This document shows, piece by piece, positions 37,015-46,924 of a DNA stretch of 64,000 bases. Every line of letters starts with the position of its first letter. Position 1 is the stretch's first letter. A program made the translations under genes and the position numbers. The notes beneath the pieces were generated by a model, which worked only from the letters and a program-made list of their open reading frames with translations, was not told the origin of the DNA and ran no database searches. This stretch comes from Candidatus Gygaella obscura (GTDB taxonomy: Bacteria > Omnitrophota > Gorgyraeia > Gygaellales > Gygaellaceae), in contig JAVCCR010000003.1 of NCBI GenBank assembly GCA_030765485.1, forward strand, positions 4,653 to 68,652, given 5' to 3'.

Positions 37015-37407
37015 ATGGATAATTGCTTAGAAGTTTGTCAAAAAGTTATAGATAGAATTAATAAAGAAAAACCGAATTTTGAGTTTATCATAGAAAAAAG
37101 GTCTTACAATAGCGAAGATCACAGAAAAGCGGTTGAGGTATGTTCGTATGAATTATTAAAAAAAGAAATAGTAAAGTTAAAAAAAATAAGCAAATTTAAT
37201 AATGATGTATCTGAAGTGCTAGACATTATCAATAAAAAAGAGCCAGATTTATTACTTAATCGATTGAATGAATTGGAAAAAAAAATAAACAAATATTTAG
37301 TCAGTTTAAAAAAACCTAAAGAAGAGATATTCTTTCTTAAGCCTAATTTCTACGGTATTGGCATGGATGTTAAAACTTTTTTTAAAAGAATATTTAATAA
37401 ATTCTAG
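37015..37407 (+). CDS. Hypothetical protein
   Basis: AGGAG RBS; 130-aa ORF, very AT-rich. Confidence 0.6.
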   Translation: MDNCLEVCQKVIDRINKEKPNFEFIIEKRSYNSEDHRKAVEVCSYELLKKEIVKLKKISKFNNDVSEVLDIINKKEPDLLLNRLNELEKKINKYLVSLKKPKEEIFFLKPNFYGIGMDVKTFFKRIFNKF

Positions 37408-37473
37408 CTATCTGTAGTTACGTTTCATCAAAAACCCTTCACTTTTTAACATTTACTGATACAATAACTTATT

Positions 37474-39870
37474 ATGGACTATAAACCAAACACAATAGAG
37501 CCTAAATGGCAAAAATACTGGCAGGATAACGCCTGTTTTAAAGCCAGTATGGATTCATCCCGCAAAAAATTCTACTGTCTGGAGATGTTTCCTTATCCAT
37601 CAGGCAAGATTCACATGGGCCATGTGCGCAATTACACCATTGGCGATGTGTATTCTAGATTTAAAAGTCTTAACGGCTTTAATGTCATGCATCCTATGGG
37701 TTTTGATGCCTTTGGTCAACCTGCTGAAAATGCTGCTATAAAGCATAATACCAAGCCTGATACCTGGACGCATAAATGTATTGATGCAATGAAAGAAGAA
37801 CTTAAAAAAATGGGCCTTTCCTATGATTGGGATAGGGAAGTTTCAACCTGTGATGATACCTACTATAAGTGGAACCAGTGGATATTCTTAAAGATGTTGG
37901 AAAAAGGCCTTGCTTATAAAAAGGCTTCTAGTGTTAACTGGTGCCCGTCTTGTGAGACAACCTTAGCCAATGAAGAGGTTATTGACGGAGGCTGCTGGAG
38001 GTGTCATACGGAAGTTATTCAAAAAGACTTAGATCAGTGGTATTTAAAAATAACTGATTATAAAGAAAGACTTTTAGAAGACTTGGCTCAGTTAAAAGAG
38101 TGGCCTTCACGAGTTGTTACCATGCAGACCAATTGGATCGGTAAAAGTAAGGGCGTTGAGATATTCTTTAAAGTTAAGGATAAAGATATCACCATTCCTG
38201 TATTTACCACAAGAGTGGATACTATCTTTGGTGCAACTTATATTGTCTTAGCGGCAGAACACCCCTTAACAAAAGAGTTGATAAAAGGTAAGCCTGAGGA
38301 AAAAAAATCATTAGAATTTATCCAAAATACAACTGCCAAAAGCTCTACAGTGAGAGGTAAAGAAGATATTAAAAAAGAAGGTGTTTTTACCGGGAGTTAT
38401 GCCATTAATCCGGTTAACAATGAAACAATCCCGATTTGGATTGCTGATTATGTATTAATGGAATACGGTACTGGTGCGATTATGGCAGTACCCACCCATG
38501 ACGAAAGAGACTTTTTATTCGCTAAAGAACACAACCTTCCAATGCGAGTGGTTATAAAACCAAAAGACAAAGATTTAGATGTAAAAACTATGCAGGAAGC
38601 TTATACACTTAATGGCGTGCAGGTTAATTCTGGAGAATTTGATGGAATAGATAATGAGACCGCAAAAGAAAAAATCGCTTCCTGGATGGAAGATAAAGAA
38701 ATCGGCAAGATCAAAGAACACTGGAGATTAAGGGATTGGCTGATTTCCCGGCAAAGATATTGGGGAACACCGATTCCGGTTATCTATTGTGATAACTGCG
38801 GTATTGTGCCCGTGCCTTTAAAGGATTTGCCGGTGGCACTTCCTAAGGATGCGCCATTTACCGGAGAAGGCGGAAGTCCATTAGCTAAGGTAGCGGAATT
38901 TGTTAATACAACATGTCCCAAATGCAAGAGGAAATCCCGTCGGGAAACTGACACCATGGCCACTTTCTTTGATTCCAGTTGGTATTTTTTAAGGTTTACT
39001 TCAGTTGACTGCGAAGATTTACCTTTTGATAAGCTTGAGGCTAAGTACTGGATGAATGTAGACCAATATATTGGCGGGATAGAGCATGCGATACTGCATT
39101 TATTATACTCTCGATTTTTTACCAAGTTTTTTAAGGATATTGGTTTAGTGGATTTTGATGAGCCGTTTAATAGACTTCTCACTCAAGGCATGGTGTTAAA
39201 AGACGCTGAGGTAATGAGCAAATCTAAAGGCAATGTGGTTGATCCGGATTCAGTGATAAAAAAATACGGCGCAGATAGTCTAAGATTATTTATTCTTTTT
39301 GCTGCACCACCGGAGGTGGAACTGGAGTGGGATGACCGGGCCATTGAAGGAGCGTTTAAATTCCTAAACCGCGTATGGAGGATTAAAGATAATTTAACTG
39401 AAAAATTAGATGCCAATACTGAAAAAGCCCTGCATAAGGCAATCCAGAAAGTAACCCAGGACTATGAAAGCTTTAAATTCAATACGGCAATCGCATCACT
39501 TATGGAGCTGGTGAACGTAATTTATAAAACCGGTATTGATAAAGATGGTTTTTTAAAGCTTTTAGTTTTATTAAGCCCGATTGCACCGCATATGACCGAA
39601 GAGCTTAATTCTATTCTTGGTGAAAAAGACTCTATACTAAAAAGCCCCTGGCCAAAGTTTGACGTGAGAAAAATAAAAGAAGATAAAATCAATATCGTTA
39701 TCCAGGTCAATGGTAAGGTAAGAGCGAATATTGAAGTAGATTCTTCTATTGTCCAGGATGATTTAAAACAAATTGCCCTGGCTGATGCAAATGTCATTAA
39801 GTGGAGTCAAGGTAAACCCGCAAAGAAAATAATCGTTGTACCAGGTAGACTTGTCAATATCGTTGTTTAA
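37474..39870 (+). CDS. leuS: Leucine--tRNA ligase
   Basis: MFPYPSG.IHMGH, DWLISRQRYWGTPIP, YIGGIEHA, MSKSKGN. Confidence 0.98.
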   Translation: MDYKPNTIEPKWQKYWQDNACFKASMDSSRKKFYCLEMFPYPSGKIHMGHVRNYTIGDVYSRFKSLNGFNVMHPMGFDAFGQPAENAAIKHNTKPDTWTHKCIDAMKEELKKMGLSYDWDREVSTCDDTYYKWNQWIFLKMLEKGLAYKKASSVNWCPSCETTLANEEVIDGGCWRCHTEVIQKDLDQWYLKITDYKERLLEDLAQLKEWPSRVVTMQTNWIGKSKGVEIFFKVKDKDITIPVFTTRVDTIFGATYIVLAAEHPLTKELIKGKPEEKKSLEFIQNTTAKSSTVRGKEDIKKEGVFTGSYAINPVNNETIPIWIADYVLMEYGTGAIMAVPTHDERDFLFAKEHNLPMRVVIKPKDKDLDVKTMQEAYTLNGVQVNSGEFDGIDNETAKEKIASWMEDKEIGKIKEHWRLRDWLISRQRYWGTPIPVIYCDNCGIVPVPLKDLPVALPKDAPFTGEGGSPLAKVAEFVNTTCPKCKRKSRRETDTMATFFDSSWYFLRFTSVDCEDLPFDKLEAKYWMNVDQYIGGIEHAILHLLYSRFFTKFFKDIGLVDFDEPFNRLLTQGMVLKDAEVMSKSKGNVVDPDSVIKKYGADSLRLFILFAAPPEVELEWDDRAIEGAFKFLNRVWRIKDNLTEKLDANTEKALHKAIQKVTQDYESFKFNTAIASLMELVNVIYKTGIDKDGFLKLLVLLSPIAPHMTEELNSILGEKDSILKSPWPKFDVRKIKEDKINIVIQVNGKVRANIEVDSSIVQDDLKQIALADANVIKWSQGKPAKKIIVVPGRLVNIVV

Positions 39871-39875
39871 GCGCT

Positions 39876-40223
39876 ATGCTTAGCCTAAAAAAAGAACAGA
39901 AAATATTTTTAATAACTGTAGTTATAGTTATTGCTGCTTTTCTGGCAATAAGTTTTTTGATTAAAAGAAAAAGATTTACCTGCCCTTTAGCCAGCCTTGT
40001 AAAAGCTAAACTTAACTCAAGTCAGACTAAACCGATCAATATCAATAAAGCCACTAGCCAAGAGCTCAGCTCAATTAAAGGCATAGGAAGTGTTTTGGCT
40101 TCCCGCATCATCGATTATATAAACACCAAAGGAAGCTTTGAATCAATTGAAGAGTTAAAAGAAGTAAAAGGTATTGGTGAATACAAATTCAACCAGATAA
40201 AAGATGAAGTCTTTATTGAATAG
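39876..40223 (+). CDS. comEA: ComEA family helix-hairpin-helix DNA-binding protein
   Basis: N-terminal TM; ININKAT..EL..IKGIG...A.RI, F.SIEELKEVKGIG. Confidence 0.9.
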   Translation: MLSLKKEQKIFLITVVIVIAAFLAISFLIKRKRFTCPLASLVKAKLNSSQTKPININKATSQELSSIKGIGSVLASRIIDYINTKGSFESIEELKEVKGIGEYKFNQIKDEVFIE

Positions 40224-41664
40224 GATTTTTACAGCAATTAATATGCGCGCTGCACCAATTGTATTAGTGTGTTTATTGTTATCTGCTGGTATTGTGTTTG
40301 AGAAGGTTTTTGTTTGGCCATTTTTGCTGCTGTTTGCTTTATTGATCTTAATTTTATTAATAAACGTATCGTTTCTGCAGAAAGATTTTTCCACCAACAC
40401 AATCTATCTACTATTTTTTATTCTTGGAGCAATGTTGGTTGCTAACGCAAACACCTTAGCCAATAACCATATCATCAATACGCCGTTTGTATTCAGCCAG
40501 GAGGTTTTAGTTGATGGTGTGGTTATCGATGACCCGAAAGAAAGCAAAAAAAGAACCAGTTTTACCTTAAAGGCAGAAAACGTTTATTTTAAAAAGGATT
40601 TACCTATTGTAGTTACGGGCAACCTGTTAGTGCATTTATATAAAAATGAAGATGTTTTTTATGGTGACAGGCTTTTGATCAAGGGGAAAGTTTCCAAGGC
40701 GTATAATTTTAGTCAGGGTTTTGACTACCGGGAATTTTTAGCCAGTAAGGGTATATACGGCTTGTTTTTTGTCTCCGGAGATGATTTTTTCAGTAAAAAA
40801 GAGAACTTAATACTGAATCCAGTTAAACACCTGGCATATAAACTGCGCAATGATATCAGAAATATTTTTAACCGTAGTCTTAAACCTGCTTATGCAGCAG
40901 CGTATAATACGATTCTTTTAGGTGACAGCAAGAACCTTCCCAAGCTATTTAGGGATAATTTTGTAAAAACCGGCACTGCGCATGTCTTAGCAGTTAGCGG
41001 TTTGCATGTAGGGATAATCTCTTTGCTATTATTTTTTGTCTTAAGGCTGGTTAGGATTCCTAAAAAAGCAATTTATTGTATTATGATTTTTACTTTAATC
41101 GGATATTGTTTTGTTACGGGTTTAAGGATTTCAGTGATAAGAGCCACAGTCATGGCAGTAGTTGTTTTAATTGGGTTTTTAAAGCAGAAACAGCTGAATA
41201 TCTACAATTCTTTAAGCCTGGCTGCGATTATCATCCTGGTGATGAATCCAAATGAGATATTTAATGTCGGGTTTCAGCTGTCGTTTACCAGTGTCTTTGC
41301 CATTGTTACATTAGTGCCTTTGTTGGAGAGGGCAATCAGCTTTTATGAATGGCCAAAGTTATTTAAAAACCTTTTCTTTAAGCCGGCATTTGCCTCATTC
41401 TCTGCCTGGATTGCTACTATGCCTATAGTCGCAAGCCACTTTGGTATTATCAGCCTGGTAAGTGTTGCAGCAAACCTGGTAATAGTTCCCTTTATGGTAG
41501 TTGTTTTATCATCGGGGTTGTTGTTAGTGCTTGTTAAGACTATCTTACCTATATTTAGTACACAACTAGTTGCAATAAGCAGCTTCACAATTCATATTCT
41601 TTTTGCCATAACATCCGTTTTTGCTAAAATTCCCTTTAGTTTTATCCTGATTGGTAATCATTGA
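40204..41664 (+). CDS. comEC: ComEC/Rec2 competence channel (DUF4131 + Competence domain, no metallo-beta-lactamase domain)
   Basis: FDYREFL, GTAHVLAVSGLHVG, SVIRATVM, GFQLSF. Confidence 0.9.
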   Translation: MKSLLNRIFTAINMRAAPIVLVCLLLSAGIVFEKVFVWPFLLLFALLILILLINVSFLQKDFSTNTIYLLFFILGAMLVANANTLANNHIINTPFVFSQEVLVDGVVIDDPKESKKRTSFTLKAENVYFKKDLPIVVTGNLLVHLYKNEDVFYGDRLLIKGKVSKAYNFSQGFDYREFLASKGIYGLFFVSGDDFFSKKENLILNPVKHLAYKLRNDIRNIFNRSLKPAYAAAYNTILLGDSKNLPKLFRDNFVKTGTAHVLAVSGLHVGIISLLLFFVLRLVRIPKKAIYCIMIFTLIGYCFVTGLRISVIRATVMAVVVLIGFLKQKQLNIYNSLSLAAIIILVMNPNEIFNVGFQLSFTSVFAIVTLVPLLERAISFYEWPKLFKNLFFKPAFASFSAWIATMPIVASHFGIISLVSVAANLVIVPFMVVVLSSGLLLVLVKTILPIFSTQLVAISSFTIHILFAITSVFAKIPFSFILIGNH

Positions 41665-41689
41665 CAATTAAGCTATACTATGATAAATT
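41661..41689 (+). promoter_or_regulatory. Promoter of the bamD-like gene, probably leaderless
   Basis: TTGACA-17 bp-(TGn)TAAATT, ATG 7 nt downstream. Confidence 0.55.
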
Positions 41690-41696
41690 TAGCGTT

Positions 41697-42638
41697 ATGA
41701 AAAAGATACTAATTATATTATTTTTAATGAGTTTTGTATTTGTCAGTAATGGCTATTCTTTTTGGATCTGGACACCAAAAAGTGGCAAATGGGTAAATCC
41801 TAAATACAGCGTAAAGCAAAATCCCAAGGAGCATTTTGATTATGCCATGGGGTTTTATAACAAAAAAAGCTTGAAACGTGCCATTGCTGAGTTTAGGCGT
41901 TTGATTAAAAACTATTCTGATGCCTATGAGGCAGCTGAGGCGCAGTTTTATATTGGTAAATCCTTTGAAGGCCTGAGGAAGGATTATGAAGCCTATAAGG
42001 CCTACCAGCTTGTTATAGATAAATATCCGTTTAATAAGCGCCATGAGGAGATTATTAGGATAGAATATGATATTGCTGAGAGGTTTATTTCCAACAGAGA
42101 TAAAAGTAAATTCCTCGGGCTAAATTTTCAATTGGAAGATCCGGCAGTGGAGATTTTTAAGAAAATCGAAGAAAACTCTCCTTATAGCAAGCTAGCGGCA
42201 AAATCGATCTATCGCTTGGGTGTTTATTTAAAGGCGAAAGAGCTCTTTATAGAGGGCCAGAAGGAGTTTGAGAATTTATTGGATAAGTATCCTAACAGTG
42301 AATGGGTGGAACCGGCAAGATTCCAGCTGGCAGAATGTTTGGCTTTGATTTCACCGGAGGCTGAATACAGTCAGAATATCACCCAAGAAGCAAGAGAAAA
42401 GTTTGAGGATTTTGCTCAGGAACATCCCGAGGCTATTTTAGGAGAATCAGCGAGAATAAAGGTAAGGGAGTTAAAAGAAAAGGAAGCCGAAAGCAATTTT
42501 ATCATCGCGCAGTTCTACGAAAAACAGAAAGATTTTGAATCTGCCAAGATTTACTATAATTACGTTATTGATAATTATCCTGAAAGTGATTTTGTAGTCA
42601 AGGCGCTCGAGGGTATAAAAGAGATTGATAAAAAATAA
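41697..42638 (+). CDS. bamD: BamD/YfiO-like TPR outer membrane assembly protein
   Basis: Signal peptide MKKILIILF; repeated YP.S TPR pattern; position between comEC and lptE-holA. Confidence 0.75.
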   Translation: MKKILIILFLMSFVFVSNGYSFWIWTPKSGKWVNPKYSVKQNPKEHFDYAMGFYNKKSLKRAIAEFRRLIKNYSDAYEAAEAQFYIGKSFEGLRKDYEAYKAYQLVIDKYPFNKRHEEIIRIEYDIAERFISNRDKSKFLGLNFQLEDPAVEIFKKIEENSPYSKLAAKSIYRLGVYLKAKELFIEGQKEFENLLDKYPNSEWVEPARFQLAECLALISPEAEYSQNITQEAREKFEDFAQEHPEAILGESARIKVRELKEKEAESNFIIAQFYEKQKDFESAKIYYNYVIDNYPESDFVVKALEGIKEIDKK

Positions 42639-42653
42639 TACGGAGAAGAAACG

Positions 42654-43208
42654 ATGAGATTATTTAAAGGTATTGTTCTGGCTCTGGCAGTTGTTTTTAT
42701 GGCGGTTAATTTAAGCGCCTGCGGTTACAGCGCTTCAGGGGCTAATCTTCCTGCGGGGATAAAAACAATACATGTCTCACCTTTTAAAAATAGAATAGAT
42801 ATCACCTCTGAAGTTACCACGTTTAATAGATACAGAAGCTACCGGCCGCTTTTAGAGGTAGACATCAGGAATTCTGTAATAGACAGGTTTCTTTTAGACG
42901 GGGCCTTGAAAATAGATAACAGCGAAAACGCCGATTGGATTCTAGAAGGCGAGCTGGTTGAGTTTAGAAAAGATGCTTTAAAGTACGGCTCTGATGATGA
43001 GACAGTAAGGGAATACAGGATTAATATAGTAGTTAATCTTTCTTTGTTTGATAGGGAAGGAAGGATTATCTGGGGTGAGCCCGGTTTTACCGGAGATACC
43101 ACTTATTTTACGCAAGGTGCCAATGCAAAAAGCGAAGTTACTGCAATTGACGATGCCTTAACTGATCTGGCAAGACGCATAGTGGAAAGAGTTGTAGAAG
43201 ATTGGTAA
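42654..43208 (+). CDS. lptE: LptE family lipoprotein
   Basis: LSACGY lipobox, IHVSPFKN, ADWILEG, EYRI; leuS...lptE-holA synteny. Confidence 0.8.
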   Translation: MRLFKGIVLALAVVFMAVNLSACGYSASGANLPAGIKTIHVSPFKNRIDITSEVTTFNRYRSYRPLLEVDIRNSVIDRFLLDGALKIDNSENADWILEGELVEFRKDALKYGSDDETVREYRINIVVNLSLFDREGRIIWGEPGFTGDTTYFTQGANAKSEVTAIDDALTDLARRIVERVVEDW

Positions 43209-43211
43209 AGT

Positions 43212-43856
43212 ATGAACTTTCTTATTCACGGTGATAATCCTGATTTTATAGATTCTCAGATCGATAACATAAAAAACCACTACTGTAAAAAGGCCACAGT
43301 AGATTTTAATTTTCATACGCTTTACGCCGATGATATCCGCAGCAAAAAGATTTTAGAAGAACGCCTTTGTCAGTTTCCTTTAAACGCAAAAAAAAGAGTT
43401 TTAGTTGTAAGAAAAGTTGAGCAGTTAAAAAGCCCGATTAAGGATTTTTTAAAAAGCTATCTGGAAAATCCCTATAAGCATGTAGTGTTGGTTCTCGAAA
43501 GCAGTCAGACTCCTGATAAGAAAAATGCATTTTTTAATGCAATTGCCAAAAACGTCAAAATCGCCCATGATAAGAAAAGCTTTAGTTTTGATAATTTTGA
43601 CTTATTTCGTGCCATTGAGAAAAGTGAACCTGTGCGTGCTTTAAAAGTACTTAATTTTTTATTGGGGAAGTCAAAACCGGTTCAGGTCTTGGCAGCTATG
43701 GCAGGTTATTTTGCCAAAAGGCCTCCGGCAAGGGATAAAGAGCTTAAGCATTACTTAGAATATATGCATGATGCAGATAAAAGAATAAAAACCACCTCTG
43801 TTGATCCTAAGTTTGTTTTGGAAAGATTAGTATTAAGAATGTGTTTTATTAAGTAA
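43212..43856 (+). CDS. holA: DNA polymerase III delta subunit, short form
   Basis: FLIHGD, FNFHTLYA, P....RVLVV, YLENP, DKRIKT...LERLV; position between lptE and rpsT. Confidence 0.75.
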   Translation: MNFLIHGDNPDFIDSQIDNIKNHYCKKATVDFNFHTLYADDIRSKKILEERLCQFPLNAKKRVLVVRKVEQLKSPIKDFLKSYLENPYKHVVLVLESSQTPDKKNAFFNAIAKNVKIAHDKKSFSFDNFDLFRAIEKSEPVRALKVLNFLLGKSKPVQVLAAMAGYFAKRPPARDKELKHYLEYMHDADKRIKTTSVDPKFVLERLVLRMCFIK

Positions 43857-44099
43857 CAGTTGTAGCCTGGTGGATTTACGCGTAGCGGTATTTTTGGGAA
43901 TTATGTTCTTTTTGGCAGCTTTGGTTAGTTGAGAGGTTATCTTAGGAAGCATCTTTTTAGCCTCAGCTACTTTTTTTTCGTCAATCAACTTTCGGAATTG
44001 TTTTATTGATTTTTTGAACTGATTCTTTATTCTTACGTTATGAACATTGCGTTTTTTGCTTTTTCGTAATTCTTTTAAAGCTGAATATCTTTGTGGCAT
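43833..44099 (-). CDS. rpsT: 30S ribosomal protein S20
   Basis: SALKELRKS..RN..N, KAAKKNIIPKNTATRKSTRL. Confidence 0.92.
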   Translation of the reverse strand: MPQRYSALKELRKSKKRNVHNVRIKNQFKKSIKQFRKLIDEKKVAEAKKMLPKITSQLTKAAKKNIIPKNTATRKSTRLQLLLNKTHS

Positions 44100-44125
44100 A
44101 AGTATTTTTCCTTTCTAAGGTGTTA

Positions 44126-44154
44126 AATATAACAGAAACTTTTTTATATGTCAA
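44126..44154 (-). promoter_or_regulatory. Sigma70-type promoter of rpsT, overlapping the murJ start codon
   Basis: TTGACA-17 bp-(TGn)TATATT on the minus strand. Confidence 0.7.
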
Positions 44155-45710
44155 CCAATAAATCTATTCTTTTCTCAGCCTCAAGCATTACTTTGGGAAC
44201 TGTTATTTCGCGTATTTTCGGCTTTTTCCGCGATATTATGCTTGCCGGTTACCTAGGTACAGGTATTTTTGCACAGGCGTTTGTGGTTGCTTTTAGGATT
44301 CCTAATCTTTTGAGGACTCTTTTTGGCGAGGGCCTTGTAAATGCAGTATTTGTACCGGTTTTTTCAGGATATCTGGAAAAAGGGGAAACCGCGCAGTTCT
44401 GGAAATTAAGCACCTCGCTTTTTAAAAGAATAACCTTGATTCTTTTTTTTGCAGTTAGTCTAGGTGCTTTTGTCATGCCTTTTGTAGTGCGGTTTATCGC
44501 TCCCGGATTTATTCAGGATCCGGAGAAGCTTCGTGTAACCATAGAGCTTTCTCGCCTGATGTTTCCTTATATTCTGCTTATATCGGTGGCAGTATATTTA
44601 TCCAGTATTCTTAATAGCCATAAGATGTTTTTCTTACCGGCAATCAACCCCGCTGTTTTAAACATTGTTATAATTGTTACGCTTGTTTTATTTTCTTCGC
44701 AGATAAAGACAAATATTATGCCTTTGGGTATTGCGGTTTTAGTTGCTGGATTAATGCAAATCGTTATACTTGTACCTTCGCTTTTCAAAAAAGGCTTTAA
44801 GGTCCAGTTTTTAATGACTACAGATAAAGATGAGAATCTGGCCTTAGAAAAGAAAAAGATTCTTAAGCTTTCCATGCCTAGGGTGTTTAGTTCTGCTGTT
44901 TATCAGATAAGCGTTTTTGTGGATACAATTTTAGCTTCATTAGCTTCTATAGTAGGTGAAGGTGCAATTGCGGCAATCTACTATGCTAATAGGATTATTC
45001 AGTTTCCTCTGGCTGTATTCAGTTTTGCCATAACTACCGCTGCTTTACCTACTCTTTCGCGCCAGGCATCCACAGCGGATTTAAGCAGTTTTAGGAAAAC
45101 AGTTTCTTTTAGCTTAGAAAATATCATGTTTATTCTTATGCCCATAAGCGTATTTCTGCTTGTTTTATCAGAGCCGATAATTCAGATTATTTTTCAAAGA
45201 GGTGAGTTTGGTCAATATTCAACGCTTATAACCAGCAGGGTTTTATTCTTTTATTCTTTTGGATTGTTATTTTTTGGAGCCAGCCGAATGCTTTCGGCGA
45301 GTTTCTATGCCCTGCAGGATACATTTACTCCTTTAAAAAGCGCAGTTATCAGCCTGGTGGTAAATATTATACTTGATTTGACCCTGATGTTTCCTTTGGG
45401 TGTGGGAGGGCTTGCTCTAGCAAGCGCTGTTGCTTCTTTTGTAAATGCAGCTATTCTGTTTAAAATATTAGATAAAAGGCTTGGGTTTAAAATGGGTAGT
45501 TTCTTGATGAGAGAGTTTATAAAGATAAGTTTTGCAAGTGTGATTTTAGGATTTGTGCTTAAATATGTCTGGTCAAGTTTTGTAGGGATAAATCAGTTTT
45601 TGCTGCTTGCGCTTGTTATGTTTATAGGCGTAGTCAGCTTTTTGCTTTTTAGTTTAATATTTAAGGTTGACGTTGCAAAAAGATTCATGGCATGGATAAG
45701 AAAAAGATAA
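44148..45710 (+). CDS. murJ: Lipid II flippase MurJ
   Basis: SRIFGFFRD, AFRIPNLLRTLFGEG, YYANRIIQFP, FYALQDT. Confidence 0.95.
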   Translation: MSTNKSILFSASSITLGTVISRIFGFFRDIMLAGYLGTGIFAQAFVVAFRIPNLLRTLFGEGLVNAVFVPVFSGYLEKGETAQFWKLSTSLFKRITLILFFAVSLGAFVMPFVVRFIAPGFIQDPEKLRVTIELSRLMFPYILLISVAVYLSSILNSHKMFFLPAINPAVLNIVIIVTLVLFSSQIKTNIMPLGIAVLVAGLMQIVILVPSLFKKGFKVQFLMTTDKDENLALEKKKILKLSMPRVFSSAVYQISVFVDTILASLASIVGEGAIAAIYYANRIIQFPLAVFSFAITTAALPTLSRQASTADLSSFRKTVSFSLENIMFILMPISVFLLVLSEPIIQIIFQRGEFGQYSTLITSRVLFFYSFGLLFFGASRMLSASFYALQDTFTPLKSAVISLVVNIILDLTLMFPLGVGGLALASAVASFVNAAILFKILDKRLGFKMGSFLMREFIKISFASVILGFVLKYVWSSFVGINQFLLLALVMFIGVVSFLLFSLIFKVDVAKRFMAWIRKR

Positions 45711-46924
45711 AATCCCTCCCCGTTTGTCCTGGTGTATATTTGATGAAGGATGTTAAATCACAGATCATATATATCGGTAAGGCAAAGAATTTAAAAAAAA
45801 GAGTAAGCCAGTATTTCAGGAAGTCGTCCGCATTAGATTTTAAAACCGCTAAGATGGTTGAGCGGGTTCGAGATTTTGATTTTCTTGTTAGCCCCACAGA
45901 GGACCAGGCCTTGATTCTCGAGGCCAGGCTTATCCGTCAACACAGGCCGTATTATAATATTGAGCTTAGAGATGATAAAAGTTTTCCTTTTGTAATGATC
46001 ACGAAAGATAGGTTTCCGCGTGTTTTTATTGTGCGCCCGAAAGAGAAAAAGGAAGCTTTTTACTACGGTCCGTTTACCAATGTAGGGTTATTGCGCAGTG
46101 TATTAAAACAGATTAGAAGAATTTTTAGTTTTTGTACCTGTAAAAACCCCAAGACAAGCTGTCTGTATTCAAAGATTGGTCTTTGTCCTGGCCCAGATAT
46201 TAAAGGTAAGGCCTTAGCAGGCTATAGGCGTAATATCAACAATCTTAAACTTTTTTTAGAGGGTAAAAACGATAAACTGTTTGTAAGTTTGAACCAACAG
46301 ATGCTGGCAGCTTCCAAAAGAAAGAACTTTGAGTCGGCAGCCAAAATTAGAGATCAGATAAAGTCGTTCAGTAATCTTACTCAGCAAAAAGATATCACTG
46401 TTTTAGAACATCTTAAAAGCGTTCTTGGGCTTAAAAAGATTCCTTTTCGTATTGAGGCATTCGATATCTCTAATATATCAGGTGCTCTGGCAACAGGCGG
46501 TATGGTAAGTTTTTTAAACGGCTTGAGCGATAAAGCCAATTATAGAAAATTCAGGATAAAAAGCATTTCTACAATTGATGATTATGCAATGTTAAAAGAG
46601 GTATTGCTGCGCCGCTACAGGAGGGTTTTATCTGAGGCTTTGCCTTTGCCTGATTTGATTATTATAGATGGAGGAAAAGGACAGTTGTCTTGCGCGAAAA
46701 AAGTGATGCGGGAATTAAAGCTTGATATTGATTTGATCTCTCTTGCCAAGAAAGAGGAAGAGATCTTTATCCCAAGTAAGAAAAATCCAATAGCTTTGCC
46801 TTTTTCCTCAGATGCCCTGCAGTTTTTAAGACGGGTTCGCGATGAAGTACATAGATTTGCTATTGACTATCACAGGCTTTTAAGGAAAAAGAATCTTATC
46901 AATGAAAAAAACAAAAGAAAATAG
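45692..46924 (+). CDS. uvrC: Excinuclease ABC subunit C, lacking the C-terminal HhH domain
   Basis: PGVY, IYIGKAKNLKKRV, FESAAKIRD, RIEAFDISN, IDGGKGQL, RDEVHRFA. Confidence 0.92.
   Translation: MDKKKIKSLPVCPGVYLMKDVKSQIIYIGKAKNLKKRVSQYFRKSSALDFKTAKMVERVRDFDFLVSPTEDQALILEARLIRQHRPYYNIELRDDKSFPFVMITKDRFPRVFIVRPKEKKEAFYYGPFTNVGLLRSVLKQIRRIFSFCTCKNPKTSCLYSKIGLCPGPDIKGKALAGYRRNINNLKLFLEGKNDKLFVSLNQQMLAASKRKNFESAAKIRDQIKSFSNLTQQKDITVLEHLKSVLGLKKIPFRIEAFDISNISGALATGGMVSFLNGLSDKANYRKFRIKSISTIDDYAMLKEVLLRRYRRVLSEALPLPDLIIIDGGKGQLSCAKKVMRELKLDIDLISLAKKEEEIFIPSKKNPIALPFSSDALQFLRRVRDEVHRFAIDYHRLLRKKNLINEKNKRK

Noticed and set aside
36142-37470. Prophage or integrative element at tRNA-Ala
   Set aside because: No integrase, phage genes or att duplication visible.
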